Positions 9,941 through 18,790 of a stretch of 32,000 bases of DNA are shown here, one piece after another (the stretch's first letter is position 1; every line of letters starts with the position of its first letter). The DNA is from Synechococcus elongatus PCC 6301. GTDB taxonomy: Bacteria; Cyanobacteriota; Cyanobacteriia; Synechococcales; Synechococcaceae. The stretch is from contig NC_006576.1 of the NCBI RefSeq assembly GCF_000010065.1, positions 300,001 through 332,000 on the forward strand, written 5' to 3'. A program made the translations under genes and the position numbers. The notes beneath the pieces were generated by a model that saw only the letters and a program-made list of their open reading frames with translations, was not told the DNA's origin and did no database searches.

Positions 9941-11773
9941 TTAACAGCAGCTATATGGCTGAAGCATATCTAATGCTGAACCTCCAATAATTAATGTTTC
10001 TGGAGTTGTTGTGGCAGTAATAACATCACCCATCATTGCATTAGAAGCCTTAAACAGGAGAAGTTCAGTAAAAGAATCACCCATTCCTGGATCTCGCGAT
10101 TCAAAGGTAGTATCAGTTAGGACTCCAGCAATAGCAAAAATATCTGAGATCATTCCAACACTGACAATCACATAATTACCATCACCATCAATGAATGCAG
10201 TACCAACTGAAGATTGAATCGTAAAACCATCAGTTCCTACAATGATAGAGTCGATCGATTCAAAGTCAGTAATGTAATCAAATCCATTCCCGAAGGTGAC
10301 ACTACCATTTTCACCACTTGTCGCTGCGATACCGTCACCTGTTGCCGCAAAGCTAAAAGTGTCTGATCCAAGCCCACCAGTTAAGGTGTCAGCGCCAGTG
10401 CCACCGTTAATCGTATCGCTGTCTGTACCGCCTACGATTGAGTCATTATCATTATTACCTTCAATCAAGTTACTTCCGTTGATTGCGATAATAGTATCAT
10501 TCCCATTACTGCCACTAACTGTGTTGCCAGATCCAGAGATAGTAAAACTAGGATTAATGGCAATCTCGATAGAATCATTACCCATGCCACCATCAATAGT
10601 ATTATTTCCAAATTCAACATTAATGGTGTCACTGCCATCGCCGCCATTAATGGTAGAAGCGGAAAAGCCGAGGATTGAATCATTCCCTAGACCTCCGAGG
10701 AGAGTACTACCAAAACCAATCTCTGTGATGACATCATCATTTTCACCACCATCGATCGAGTTACTGCCAGCGATCGTTCCTTCAATCGTATCGTTACCGC
10801 TCCCACCTAAAATAGTATTACTGTCACCAAAACCTCGAATATTATCGTTACCTGAATCACCGAAGATTGAGTCATTTCCAAGACCACCATCGATCGTGTC
10901 AGCACCATCACCACCTAAAATAGTGTCAGCACCAGCGCCACCATTAATTCTATCGCTGTCTGTACCGCCTACAATTGAGTCATTATTATTATTACCTTCA
11001 ATCAAGTTGTTTCCGCTGATTTCGATAATAGTGTCATTCCCATCACCGCCCAGAATAGTATCGTCTTGATCAGCGCCAGTGAGTCTATCGTCACCTTCAA
11101 ATCCATAGAGCACTGCAGGATTAGTACCTATAGCAGTTAAGGTATCAGCACCGATCGTCCCGATTCCTACAAACAAACCGACACCAACAGAGTCTGTTCC
11201 ATCAAAGACGTTCAGTTCACCGAACAGAGCAGTATCTAGCGCTGTAATCGTTGAGGTTGTTGGCGATCCATTATTAACCGTTCCAGGCATGAGGTTAGTT
11301 GTACCAACCCGTGCGGTTAAAGTGTCACTATCAATATCCTCTGCAGTGAAAGTGATGCTGTTAGCGTCAACAACAGGCCCTGCAGTAATTGTTGGAGCAT
11401 CATTAGTGCCAGCAAGATTAATTGACAATGTCCTCGTCTGAGAGACTGCTCCACGTGAGTCTTTAACAACATAATCAATTGCAATTACTTGAGTATCACC
11501 AAGACCTAAGCTGTCATAGCTAGTATCGTCTTGGTCAAAGGAATAGCTACCATTAGAATTGAGAGTAAATCCTGCTGGAGCTACTTGATTAGGGGCAAGT
11601 AGGAAAGTGATTGGATCACCATTCGGATCACTGGCGATAAGCTGACCGTTAAAAAGACCCGCGTTTTCAGTAAGGTTTTGTGTTTGGCTTTGTGCGATCG
11701 GCTTGCTGTTGAAGTTGAACAGACGTGAAAAGAGCTTGACGAAAGTGAACGCACTGAAATTAAAGGGTGCCAT
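9941..11773 (-). CDS. Large repetitive VCBS / RTX-type calcium-binding repeat protein, probably secreted by type I secretion
   Basis: 610 aa. The N-terminal VCBS-like domain is NLTENAGLFNGQLIASDPNGDPITF...GYAF-like SYSFDQDDTSYDSLG...VVKDSRGAVSQTRTLSINLAGTNDAPTI. It is followed by many GGxGxDxI/L repeats. The composition is strongly Asp/Gly/Asn/Ile. Confidence 0.85.
   Translation of the reverse strand: MAPFNFSAFTFVKLFSRLFNFNSKPIAQSQTQNLTENAGLFNGQLIASDPNGDPITFLLAPNQVAPAGFTLNSNGSYSFDQDDTSYDSLGLGDTQVIAIDYVVKDSRGAVSQTRTLSINLAGTNDAPTITAGPVVDANSITFTAEDIDSDTLTARVGTTNLMPGTVNNGSPTTSTITALDTALFGELNVFDGTDSVGVGLFVGIGTIGADTLTAIGTNPAVLYGFEGDDRLTGADQDDTILGGDGNDTIIEISGNNLIEGNNNNDSIVGGTDSDRINGGAGADTILGGDGADTIDGGLGNDSIFGDSGNDNIRGFGDSNTILGGSGNDTIEGTIAGSNSIDGGENDDVITEIGFGSTLLGGLGNDSILGFSASTINGGDGSDTINVEFGNNTIDGGMGNDSIEIAINPSFTISGSGNTVSGSNGNDTIIAINGSNLIEGNNDNDSIVGGTDSDTINGGTGADTLTGGLGSDTFSFAATGDGIAATSGENGSVTFGNGFDYITDFESIDSIIVGTDGFTIQSSVGTAFIDGDGNYVIVSVGMISDIFAIAGVLTDTTFESRDPGMGDSFTELLLFKASNAMMGDVITATTTPETLIIGGSALDMLQPYSCC
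10386..10507 (-). repeat. Internal direct repeat copy 1 inside the RTX gene (encodes NGSNLIEGNNDNDSIVGGTDSDTINGG)
   Basis: About 122 bp, nearly identical to 10923-11044, with a 537-bp (179-codon) in-frame offset. Confidence 0.75.
10923..11044 (-). repeat. Internal direct repeat copy 2 inside the RTX gene (encodes SGNNLIEGNNNNDSIVGGTDSDRINGG)
   Basis: See copy 1. TATCGCTGTCTGTACCGCCTAC and ATTATTACCTTCAATCAAGTT are shared exactly. Confidence 0.75.
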
Positions 11774-12287
11774 GTCGGTAGAATTCTATGCCGTCGATGG
11801 ATAAACTTGCCAAAGCGAAAGTCAAAACTGAAAGTCCGGGTTTTGACTAAATTGTTTGGGATTATAGCCCAGAATTTTCAAAGATGTTGGTAGTCGAGGC
11901 TTCCACAGATTTCCTGCTAACCACTAATCGAATCATCGTATTGAGGTTATGAAGAGCTAAAACTCGAGCCATGAACTGTACCAAACAATGATTACTCGGT
12001 CAGCAACTCAAGAGCGATCCGCACAAACCAGAGCCAAGAAAAGGTATTAACCTACTTCACCCTTCCCTAGTTTTTAAGAATTTTGGTTTCTCCAGAAGAA
12101 AATTCTTGTGACTCAGGATATCTGCCTTAGTCACTTCACCACAGTCTTCGTCATCTAGGTTTACTGGATTTATCGAGACTATGATTGTTTCCCATCAGAA
12201 AGTTAAGGCATTGACCTTTTCCTAGTGCAATGACTTTGCCAGCCTTGGCACTTGAGCCTGATAACTCAGACTCTAAAGGCATCAGAT

Positions 12288-13499
12288 CTACAGCGATCGC
12301 ACCTCAACGGGAGTTCCCGCCGCGAGGAAGTCCTGACCAGCCGGCAGAATTGCCCAATGGGTTGATTCAACCAGAGACTTGAGCGCTGCAGAGGACTGCT
12401 GAGGATCTACCCAGACCTTGCCCTCGGGAGTCAGCCGCGATCGCCAGAAGCACTGCAGTCCCTCTGGTTTGCGGACAGATTCTGCTAAAGGCAACCAAAG
12501 GGGCGATCGCACTTCGTTGCGGCAGGCCATCAGCAAGGGTTTCAGGAAAAACTCAGCCGTGACGGTTGTGGAAACAGGATTGCCCGGACAAGCCAAGACG
12601 AGGCCTTGGTGCTCCGGTGCGATCGCAAACAACAGCGGCTTTCCGGGTCGAATTGCGACTTTATGAAAAATCGTTTGGCAGCCCAAGCGTTCCAGGGCAG
12701 CGGGCACAAAGTCAGCAACGCCCATCGAGACAGCACCTGTGGTTAGTAATAAGCGCACGCCTTGCGACCAAAATTGCTGAGCGATCGCGGCAAACTGTTC
12801 GGGGTCATCCGGGACATGAGCGATCGCCCGTACCTCACAACCGAGTCGCTGCAACTGCTCAATCAAAAAAGGCTGACTGGAATTGCGGATCTGCCCAAGT
12901 TCCAACGTCGGTTGCGACCAAGGCACCACCTCAGTCCCTGTGGAAATCAAGCCCACAGGCAGTTTCGACCAGACTGGCAGTTCACCCATCCCCACAGCAG
13001 CGGCCAGCATCAATGCCATCGGCGTGAGTCGCTGACCTTTCGCCAGCAGGGGCGAGCCTTGGCGGAGATCTTCGCCCTGCCTTCGAATGAATTGACCGGC
13101 GGGAATCGGTGTCGAAACCGCGATCGCATTCTCTTCTTGCACCACATCCTCGACTTTGACGATCACATCAAAGCCAGCCGGAATTGGCGCACCCGTCATC
13201 ACCGCACAGGCAACGCCTGTGGGATTTGCAAGTAGCGGTGGTTGCTCACCTGCCATCACACGACCAACAACTGGCAACCGCACGGGGCGATCGGGGCTGG
13301 CTGCCGCAACATCCTGACTGCGCAGGGCAAAGCCATCCATGGCAGAGTTGTCCCAGTGCGGTAAGTCGCAGGGCGCGGCCAAATCCTTCGCCAACAGGCG
13401 ATCGCCCGTTTCCAGTAGCGGCACCCTTTCGATTGCCAACGGTAATTGCGCCACTTCAGCCAACAGCAACTCGATCGCTGCCGAATAGGACAAGATCAT
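12288..13499 (-). CDS. moeA: Molybdopterin molybdotransferase
   Basis: DLAAPCDLPHWDNSAMDGFALRSQD, GVACAVMTGAPIPAGFDVIVKVEDV, SVGMADFVPAALE, GLVLACPGNPVSTTVTAEFFLKP. The start is placed at MILSYSA (13499). Confidence 0.95.
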   Translation of the reverse strand: MILSYSAAIELLLAEVAQLPLAIERVPLLETGDRLLAKDLAAPCDLPHWDNSAMDGFALRSQDVAAASPDRPVRLPVVGRVMAGEQPPLLANPTGVACAVMTGAPIPAGFDVIVKVEDVVQEENAIAVSTPIPAGQFIRRQGEDLRQGSPLLAKGQRLTPMALMLAAAVGMGELPVWSKLPVGLISTGTEVVPWSQPTLELGQIRNSSQPFLIEQLQRLGCEVRAIAHVPDDPEQFAAIAQQFWSQGVRLLLTTGAVSMGVADFVPAALERLGCQTIFHKVAIRPGKPLLFAIAPEHQGLVLACPGNPVSTTVTAEFFLKPLLMACRNEVRSPLWLPLAESVRKPEGLQCFWRSRLTPEGKVWVDPQQSSAALKSLVESTHWAILPAGQDFLAAGTPVEVRSL

Positions 13500-13602
13500 C
13501 ACCGCTCCCTTGCGAACGCCCACTCATCTCTTCCCATCAAATCAGTTGGCAGCTCACTCGCTGGCACAATCGAGAGCGAAACAATCGGGCAGGGCAACAG
13601 CG

Positions 13603-14574
13603 ATGAGCATCCGCATGATCGATGTCGGTGATAAGGCGGTCACGGAACGAACAGCGCGGGCTGAAGGTTGGATTCGCCTTGCCCCCGAGGTCTATCAGCG
13701 CGTTACTCAAGGTCAACTCCCCAAGGGCGATGGCTTTTTGCTTGCCCAAGTCGCCGGCATTCAAGGAGCAAAACGCACGGCGGATCTGTTGCCGCTCTGC
13801 CATCCTCTGCCGATCGAAGGGGTGAAAATCGACTGCCAGCCCCTAGCGGATAGCCAAACGATTCGGGTCGAGGCGCGAGTCCGCACCACCGGTAAAACTG
13901 GCGTGGAGATGGAAGCCCTCGCCGCTGTTTCGGCAGCACTGCTCTGTCACTACGACTTAACTAAGATGTTCGACGCGACTGCTGAGATCGGCGGTATTGG
14001 CCTGCTCGAAAAAACGGGTGGCAAGTCGGGTCATTGGCAGCGGCCAGCGATCGCTCCTGATGTAGCCCCAACCGGCGCCTTAGCAGGCGTTTTCGCAACG
14101 GTGACCACGGTCAGCGATCGCGTAGCGGCGGATCAAGCGGAAGATCGCTCAGGGCCACTGATCCAAAACTGGTTAACCGATCAAGCAGCAACGATCGCGA
14201 CTGCAACCTGTGTTGCCGATGAACCGGCTTTGATTCAAGCGGCGATCCAAGCAGCGATTGCTCAAGGATCCGCATTGATTCTTCTGACCGGGGGAACGGG
14301 GCTAGGACCGCGCGATCGCACCCCCGAAGCGATCGCCGATCTAGGTGCCATTCCTGTACCTGGCATTGGTGAAGCGCTCCGCCAAGCCGGGCGATCGGAG
14401 ACGGTAATGACTTGGCTGCCCCGCAGTGGCGGCTGGATGCTTGAGGGCAGTTTCGTGATCGCTTTGCCCGGCAGTTCCCGCGCTGTTAGCAGCGGTTTGG
14501 CGATGTTGCAACCCTTGCTGCCCCACAGTTTGGCAATCTTGAAAGGCGCAGATCATGGAACAGTGAAGGGATGA
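13603..14574 (+). CDS. moaCB: Fused cyclic pyranopterin monophosphate synthase MoaC and MoaB/Mog-type domain
   Basis: The MoaC part has IRMIDVGDKAVTERTARAEGWI...LLPLCHPLPIEGVKIDC...VEMEALAAVSAALLCHYDLTKMFD. The MoaB/Mog part has ALILLTGGTGLGPRDRTPEAIADL...ALPGSSRAVSSGLAMLQPLLPHSLAILKG. The start is likely at MSIRMIDVG. Confidence 0.95.
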   Translation: MSIRMIDVGDKAVTERTARAEGWIRLAPEVYQRVTQGQLPKGDGFLLAQVAGIQGAKRTADLLPLCHPLPIEGVKIDCQPLADSQTIRVEARVRTTGKTGVEMEALAAVSAALLCHYDLTKMFDATAEIGGIGLLEKTGGKSGHWQRPAIAPDVAPTGALAGVFATVTTVSDRVAADQAEDRSGPLIQNWLTDQAATIATATCVADEPALIQAAIQAAIAQGSALILLTGGTGLGPRDRTPEAIADLGAIPVPGIGEALRQAGRSETVMTWLPRSGGWMLEGSFVIALPGSSRAVSSGLAMLQPLLPHSLAILKGADHGTVKG

Positions 14575-14843
14575 CAACAACGATCACGCTGATCTGTTTT
14601 GGAGGGCTGGCAGCACTCAGTCCTGAGGGGCAGCCCATGCCGCTGGAGCTCGACCTACCGGCGACGGTTGCTGACCTTAAAGTGGCGATCGCCCGAGCCT
14701 GCGATCTGATGCCAGATTCAGCACTGGCGCAACTGCTGCAAAAGTCAGCGATCGGCAGCGAAACCCGCATCTATATAGATAGCGATTTAATCCCTGCCAG
14801 CCTCTCGCACCTGGCCTTGCTGCCCCCCGTGAGTGGAGGTTGA
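14571..14843 (+). CDS. moaD: Molybdopterin synthase small subunit
   Basis: 90-aa ubiquitin-like protein ending in LLPPVSGG. Overlaps the moaCB stop by ATGA. Confidence 0.9.
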   Translation: MTTTITLICFGGLAALSPEGQPMPLELDLPATVADLKVAIARACDLMPDSALAQLLQKSAIGSETRIYIDSDLIPASLSHLALLPPVSGG

Positions 14844-14845
14844 AC

Positions 14846-15343
14846 ATGCCAGACTTGCTGACCTGCGATCGCCATCAGATTGAACTGAGCCTAGCCCCCA
14901 TTCCCCTCTCAGCTGCTGCTGAATTTTGTCACGACGATCGCTACGGGGCCTTTGCCAGCTTTGTGGGCTGGGTGCGGCGCGTCAATGTCGGTCGCTTAGT
15001 GACGGGCATCACCTATCAAAGTTTTCAGCCGCTCTGCCGCACAGTTCAGACCGAAATTTGCCAAGAGGCTGAGCAGGTGTTCGGCCAAGAACTGCGCATC
15101 TACGTCCAACACCGCCTCGGTGAAACTCGTGTTGGTGACCCCACCGTGCTGATCGGCGTCGGTGCCATTCATCGCGATGAAGCCTGTGAAGCCTGCCGCT
15201 ACGTAATTGAGGAGCTAAAACATCGCGCCCCAATCTGGAAACTCGAACACTATGAAGATGGAGACTCGGGCTGGGTGCCTGGCAACTGTCTCTGCCAAGA
15301 GCGGCGATCGCGCGATCGCAGAGGATCCACAGGGCCGGAATGA
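14846..15343 (+). CDS. moaE: Molybdopterin synthase catalytic subunit
   Basis: [27 protein letters not shown]...[51 protein letters not shown]. Confidence 0.95.
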
Positions 15344-16323
15344 TCGTTCTAGCAGACCATCACGATCGGCAATTTCGCTATCTGCGCCTGTCCTTAACAG
15401 ACGTTTGCAACTTCCGCTGCGGCTACTGCCTGCCCAAGGGGCAACAGCTGGATCCACAACGGCCCGCACTGCTCACCCTCCCAGAAATTCGGCATCTAAT
15501 TGAAGGGTTTGTGGCGCTGGGGATCGAAAAAGTCCGACTGACGGGCGGTGAACCAACGCTGCGATCGGATCTAGTTGATATCGTGCGTGCCGTGGCGGCT
15601 GTACCCGGCATTCGCCGTGTTGCCCTGACCAGCAATGGTTGGAATCTGCGCGATCGCTTGGCCGATCTTCAGGCTGCTGGGCTGACTCAGCTCAATCTCA
15701 GTCTCGATAGTTTGGACGCTGCCCGCTTTCAGGCTATTACTGGCAGCAGCCGTTTTGAAGCCGTGATGGCCGCCCTTGAACAAGCGATCGCGCTGCGCTT
15801 ACCGATCCTCAAGGTCAATGCCGTCCTGCTGAAGACGCTGAATTATCCGCAGCTCTCAGACTTTGTTGAATTTGTGCGCGATCGCCCCATTAGCATCCGT
15901 TTCATTGAGCTGATGCAAACCCTCGATAATCACGACTACTTTCAGCAGGAGTTTCTATCAGGCTCTGTCCTCACCGAACAGTGGCTAGCGCAGGGCTGGC
16001 AACCAATCAAACGCGATCGCACTGCAGGGCCAGCCCAAGAATATTGCCATCCCAATTACCAAGGGAAATTGGGCATAATCGCCCCCTACAGTCCTAACTT
16101 TTGCCAGAACTGCAATCGCCTGCGCGTCACCAGTCGCGGGGCGCTGCGACTCTGCCTGTTTGGCACGGGCGAATTTGACCTCCGCCCTTGGCTCCAACAT
16201 CCCGATCAGCGATCGCAGCTTCTTGAGCAAGTCCAGCAAACCCTCAACTTCAAAACCGCAGGACACCAACTAGCTGAAGCCAACAGCGGCGATACCCGCA
16301 ACCTAGCGACCTATGGCGGCTAG
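15340..16323 (+). CDS. moaA: GTP 3',8-cyclase (radical SAM)
   Basis: [18 protein letters not shown] radical SAM motif, [19 protein letters not shown], and C-terminal 4Fe-4S motif [19 protein letters not shown]. Overlaps the moaE stop by ATGA. Confidence 0.97.
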
Positions 16324-16338
16324 CAGGTTATTTCTGCC

Positions 16339-16458
16339 TTAGCGGGAATGAGCAGCCAATTGGCGCAGTTTGCGGAGGCGACGTCTGGCCACTTTTGGAG
16401 CTTTAGGACTGTATTTGCGATCAATGAGGATCAAGAGATGGCGATCGATCAGCATCAT
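16339..16458 (-). CDS. Candidate small basic protein (39 aa), not in the ORF track
   Basis: MMLIDRHLLILIDRKYSPKAPKVARRRLRKLRQLAAHSR*. Preceded by a strong Shine-Dalgarno (TAGGAGGAAG at 16461-16470), with plausible promoter-like TTCTTG-N16-CATAAT further upstream. Confidence 0.55.
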   Translation of the reverse strand: MMLIDRHLLILIDRKYSPKAPKVARRRLRKLRQLAAHSR

Positions 16459-16966
16459 GGCTTCCTCCTAATCTCAACTCAGGAAAATTTTGCAACTTGA
16501 TTCAACAAACTATCGAGTTTCTGATTACAAGCTGGCCTGCACTTTTATTATGACTCTCTCAAGATATTCAAGAAGATGCCAATGGCAATAATCAATTCAG
16601 CAGAGTAATTGATTTAAGGCAATCTAATTGCAGTTTGGTATTTAGATTGACAATTAAATTTACTTGAGTTTTGCTTTTGCAGTTATCTTGGTTTTTGAGA
16701 TGAGCAAGAGAGGGAATAGTTGCTCGAGTGATCGCTGCTTCTGCCCTCAATTAGCTTGCCACGGGCCGCGACAGACGCTAAATGTCATCAAATCCCTACA
16801 CCCCGCTCGTTGACTTGAGAAAGCAAGCTGTTCAAGGGCTGGGGTACCCTAGTCTCGATTCACAAACCTTTTTTGACGGTGAGTTGTTCTAGTTTTAGGG
16901 CAAAAGTGGTGCTAAAAAACCAGCTGTGGTTCTCACTAATGATGCCAAGAGGAGGCAAATAGAGAA

Positions 16967-17659
16967 ATGCGCTTTCATTTGCGTAGCCGCTCTGGCGAAG
17001 AAATTGTTCTCTATCTGCGGCCTGGTAATCCCTCGGCACCGATTGAGATGGCGGGACCTGCCAATCTCTGTGGCACGGTTTCAACCCTGCTCAAGATGTC
17101 TCTGACTGGTTTGTCGGCCACGTCCGACGACTTACTGAGCCTCTGTGAGTACGATCCAGTCTTTCGCCATTGGTTCCGACTCGACGCTGTTGTCAAAGAT
17201 GGAGATCCAGAGCCAGCCCATCGCGAAGATGCCAAGTTCGCAGCCATGGAGCCGATCTATCCATCCCAAGTGGCGGCCATGCGGCTGGGTGAGCGGCTGA
17301 CTGCAGCGAGTCTGGTGACAAAGGAGCAGCTAGACGAAGCCCTGAAAGGCATTCAAGAGCAGATGCCACACCTACAAATTGGGGAAATTCTCTGCGGGCG
17401 GGGCTACCTCAGTCATAGAACCATGGAGTTTTTCCTCGACCCGATCACCAAGATGAACACGGCTTTTTTGACCCTGCGGCTGGGCGAGCGACTACAAGCA
17501 GCGGGTGTCGTCATCGATCGCGATGTCCATCGCGCCTTGCAATGTCAGCAATGGCTGCCGCTGTCTCTGGGGCGGCTACTGGTGCTGAACGGCGCGGTTT
17601 CGCAGGCCACAGCAGACTTTTTTGGTCGGTTGAGCATTGAGCCGTCCAGCCTGAGCTAA
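16967..17659 (+). CDS. Hypothetical protein with two related MshEN-like (GspE/PilB N-terminal-like) modules
   Basis: 230 aa with AAGAGGAGG upstream. Contains RLGERLTAASLVTKEQLDEALKGIQ...IGEILCGRGYLS and RLGERLQAAGVVIDRDVHRALQCQQWLPLSLGRLLVLNGAVS. Confidence 0.7.
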   Translation: MRFHLRSRSGEEIVLYLRPGNPSAPIEMAGPANLCGTVSTLLKMSLTGLSATSDDLLSLCEYDPVFRHWFRLDAVVKDGDPEPAHREDAKFAAMEPIYPSQVAAMRLGERLTAASLVTKEQLDEALKGIQEQMPHLQIGEILCGRGYLSHRTMEFFLDPITKMNTAFLTLRLGERLQAAGVVIDRDVHRALQCQQWLPLSLGRLLVLNGAVSQATADFFGRLSIEPSSLS

Positions 17660-17664
17660 CCCCC

Positions 17665-18759
17665 ATGAAGAGGCTACAGCTCACACTCACGCGAGGGCAA
17701 TGGCGTCACCTTTGCAAGAGTGCGCTGGGGGTCGTGGTGGCGATCGCGATCGGCAATCAGTTAGATCAGATTCAACCCGACATCTGGAGTTTAAGCGACA
17801 CAACCTGGAGCGCTGTCACCGTCCTCGTTGTCCTGCAGGCCAACTTGGGGGGCTTAGTCAAAGCAAGTACCAGTCGTCTTCAGGGCACCGTCATTGGAGG
17901 AAGCTGCAGCACCTTAGTCGGGTTGCTGCTGGGCTTTTCCCCTTTGAGCGCCGGGCTTTCTGTCTTTCTCTCCTTAGCCTGCTGCTTAACGGCTGGGTTG
18001 AATGATGCTTTGCGGCTAGCGGGTCTAACCAGCTTGATTGTCCAAAGCAGCTTTGCGCTAGGTGTCAGTCAGCCTTGGTTGGTTGGACTGGGACGCTTCA
18101 CCAGCGTCTTAGTGGGGGTCACGATCGCCTTTATCATCTCGCTGCTGCTCTGGCCTCAGCCAGCCTTGCGGCAGCTAGACCAAGAATTGCGATCGCTATT
18201 TGCTGATGCCGCCCAGCTCTACACTGCGTTGAATCTCAACGGCGACCAGGATGAGGCGATCGCAGCGCCGCAGCGCACAGCTGGTATTCAACGGCTCCGC
18301 CAGCATCTCCGACTCAATCGCCAGAGCCTCGATGAGATTCAGCATGAACCTTGGCTCGACCATGACCGTCGTAGCCAGCCCGATCTGCGAGCCCGCGAAG
18401 CCGACACGTTGGTTTTTGCCTTGTATGCCCTGGTGGAGCTCCGGCGCGAAGGTTCCATGCCGCCAGAACTGGAGAGCCCCGATCTCGATTGCTGCATTCA
18501 GCAAGGGCTGCAAAGCCTAGCTCAGAAGCTTTCCCTGCCTGCTGAGATTGGCCAGCAACTCGCTACAGTCCTAAAAGAGCAGGTTGAACATCTCCGCACT
18601 CTACGGCAACGCCGCGCCCTGCGATCGCTTGATGAGGCTGACTTACTGCGCGGCTTGGCATTCCTACAAGAGATCACGCTGATCGGTCGGCTGCTTCTCC
18701 GTTTGGAAGGCCGGCTGGACAATCATCGCTATTGGGATGTGACAGCTGCTAGTGAATGA
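17665..18759 (+). CDS. FUSC / aromatic acid exporter family membrane protein
   Basis: 364 aa. N-terminal membrane segments ALGVVVAIAIGNQLDQIQPDIWSLSDTTWSAVTVLVVLQANLGGLVKASTSRLQGTVIGG and a long cytosolic C-terminus. Confidence 0.75.
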   Translation: MKRLQLTLTRGQWRHLCKSALGVVVAIAIGNQLDQIQPDIWSLSDTTWSAVTVLVVLQANLGGLVKASTSRLQGTVIGGSCSTLVGLLLGFSPLSAGLSVFLSLACCLTAGLNDALRLAGLTSLIVQSSFALGVSQPWLVGLGRFTSVLVGVTIAFIISLLLWPQPALRQLDQELRSLFADAAQLYTALNLNGDQDEAIAAPQRTAGIQRLRQHLRLNRQSLDEIQHEPWLDHDRRSQPDLRAREADTLVFALYALVELRREGSMPPELESPDLDCCIQQGLQSLAQKLSLPAEIGQQLATVLKEQVEHLRTLRQRRALRSLDEADLLRGLAFLQEITLIGRLLLRLEGRLDNHRYWDVTAASE

Positions 18760-18790
18760 GCGATCGCACCCTTACCCGCTTGTATAGCAG

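Noticed and set aside
10296-11069. 257-aa + strand ORF with repetitive Pro/Leu/Ser pattern (SLPPPPSIVS...)
   Set aside because: It is the mirror of the RTX repeats on the opposite strand. The low-complexity pattern is explained by the antisense of GG-x-G-x-D repeats, and the - strand frame is a clear protein.
12566-13235. 153- and 157-aa + strand ORFs inside moeA
   Set aside because: Shadow frames of moeA.
16700-16813. 37-aa + strand frame MSKRGNSCSSDRCFCPQLACHGPRQTLNVIKSLHPAR
   Set aside because: The cysteines looked interesting, but there is no Shine-Dalgarno and the codon use is irregular. Not supported as a gene.
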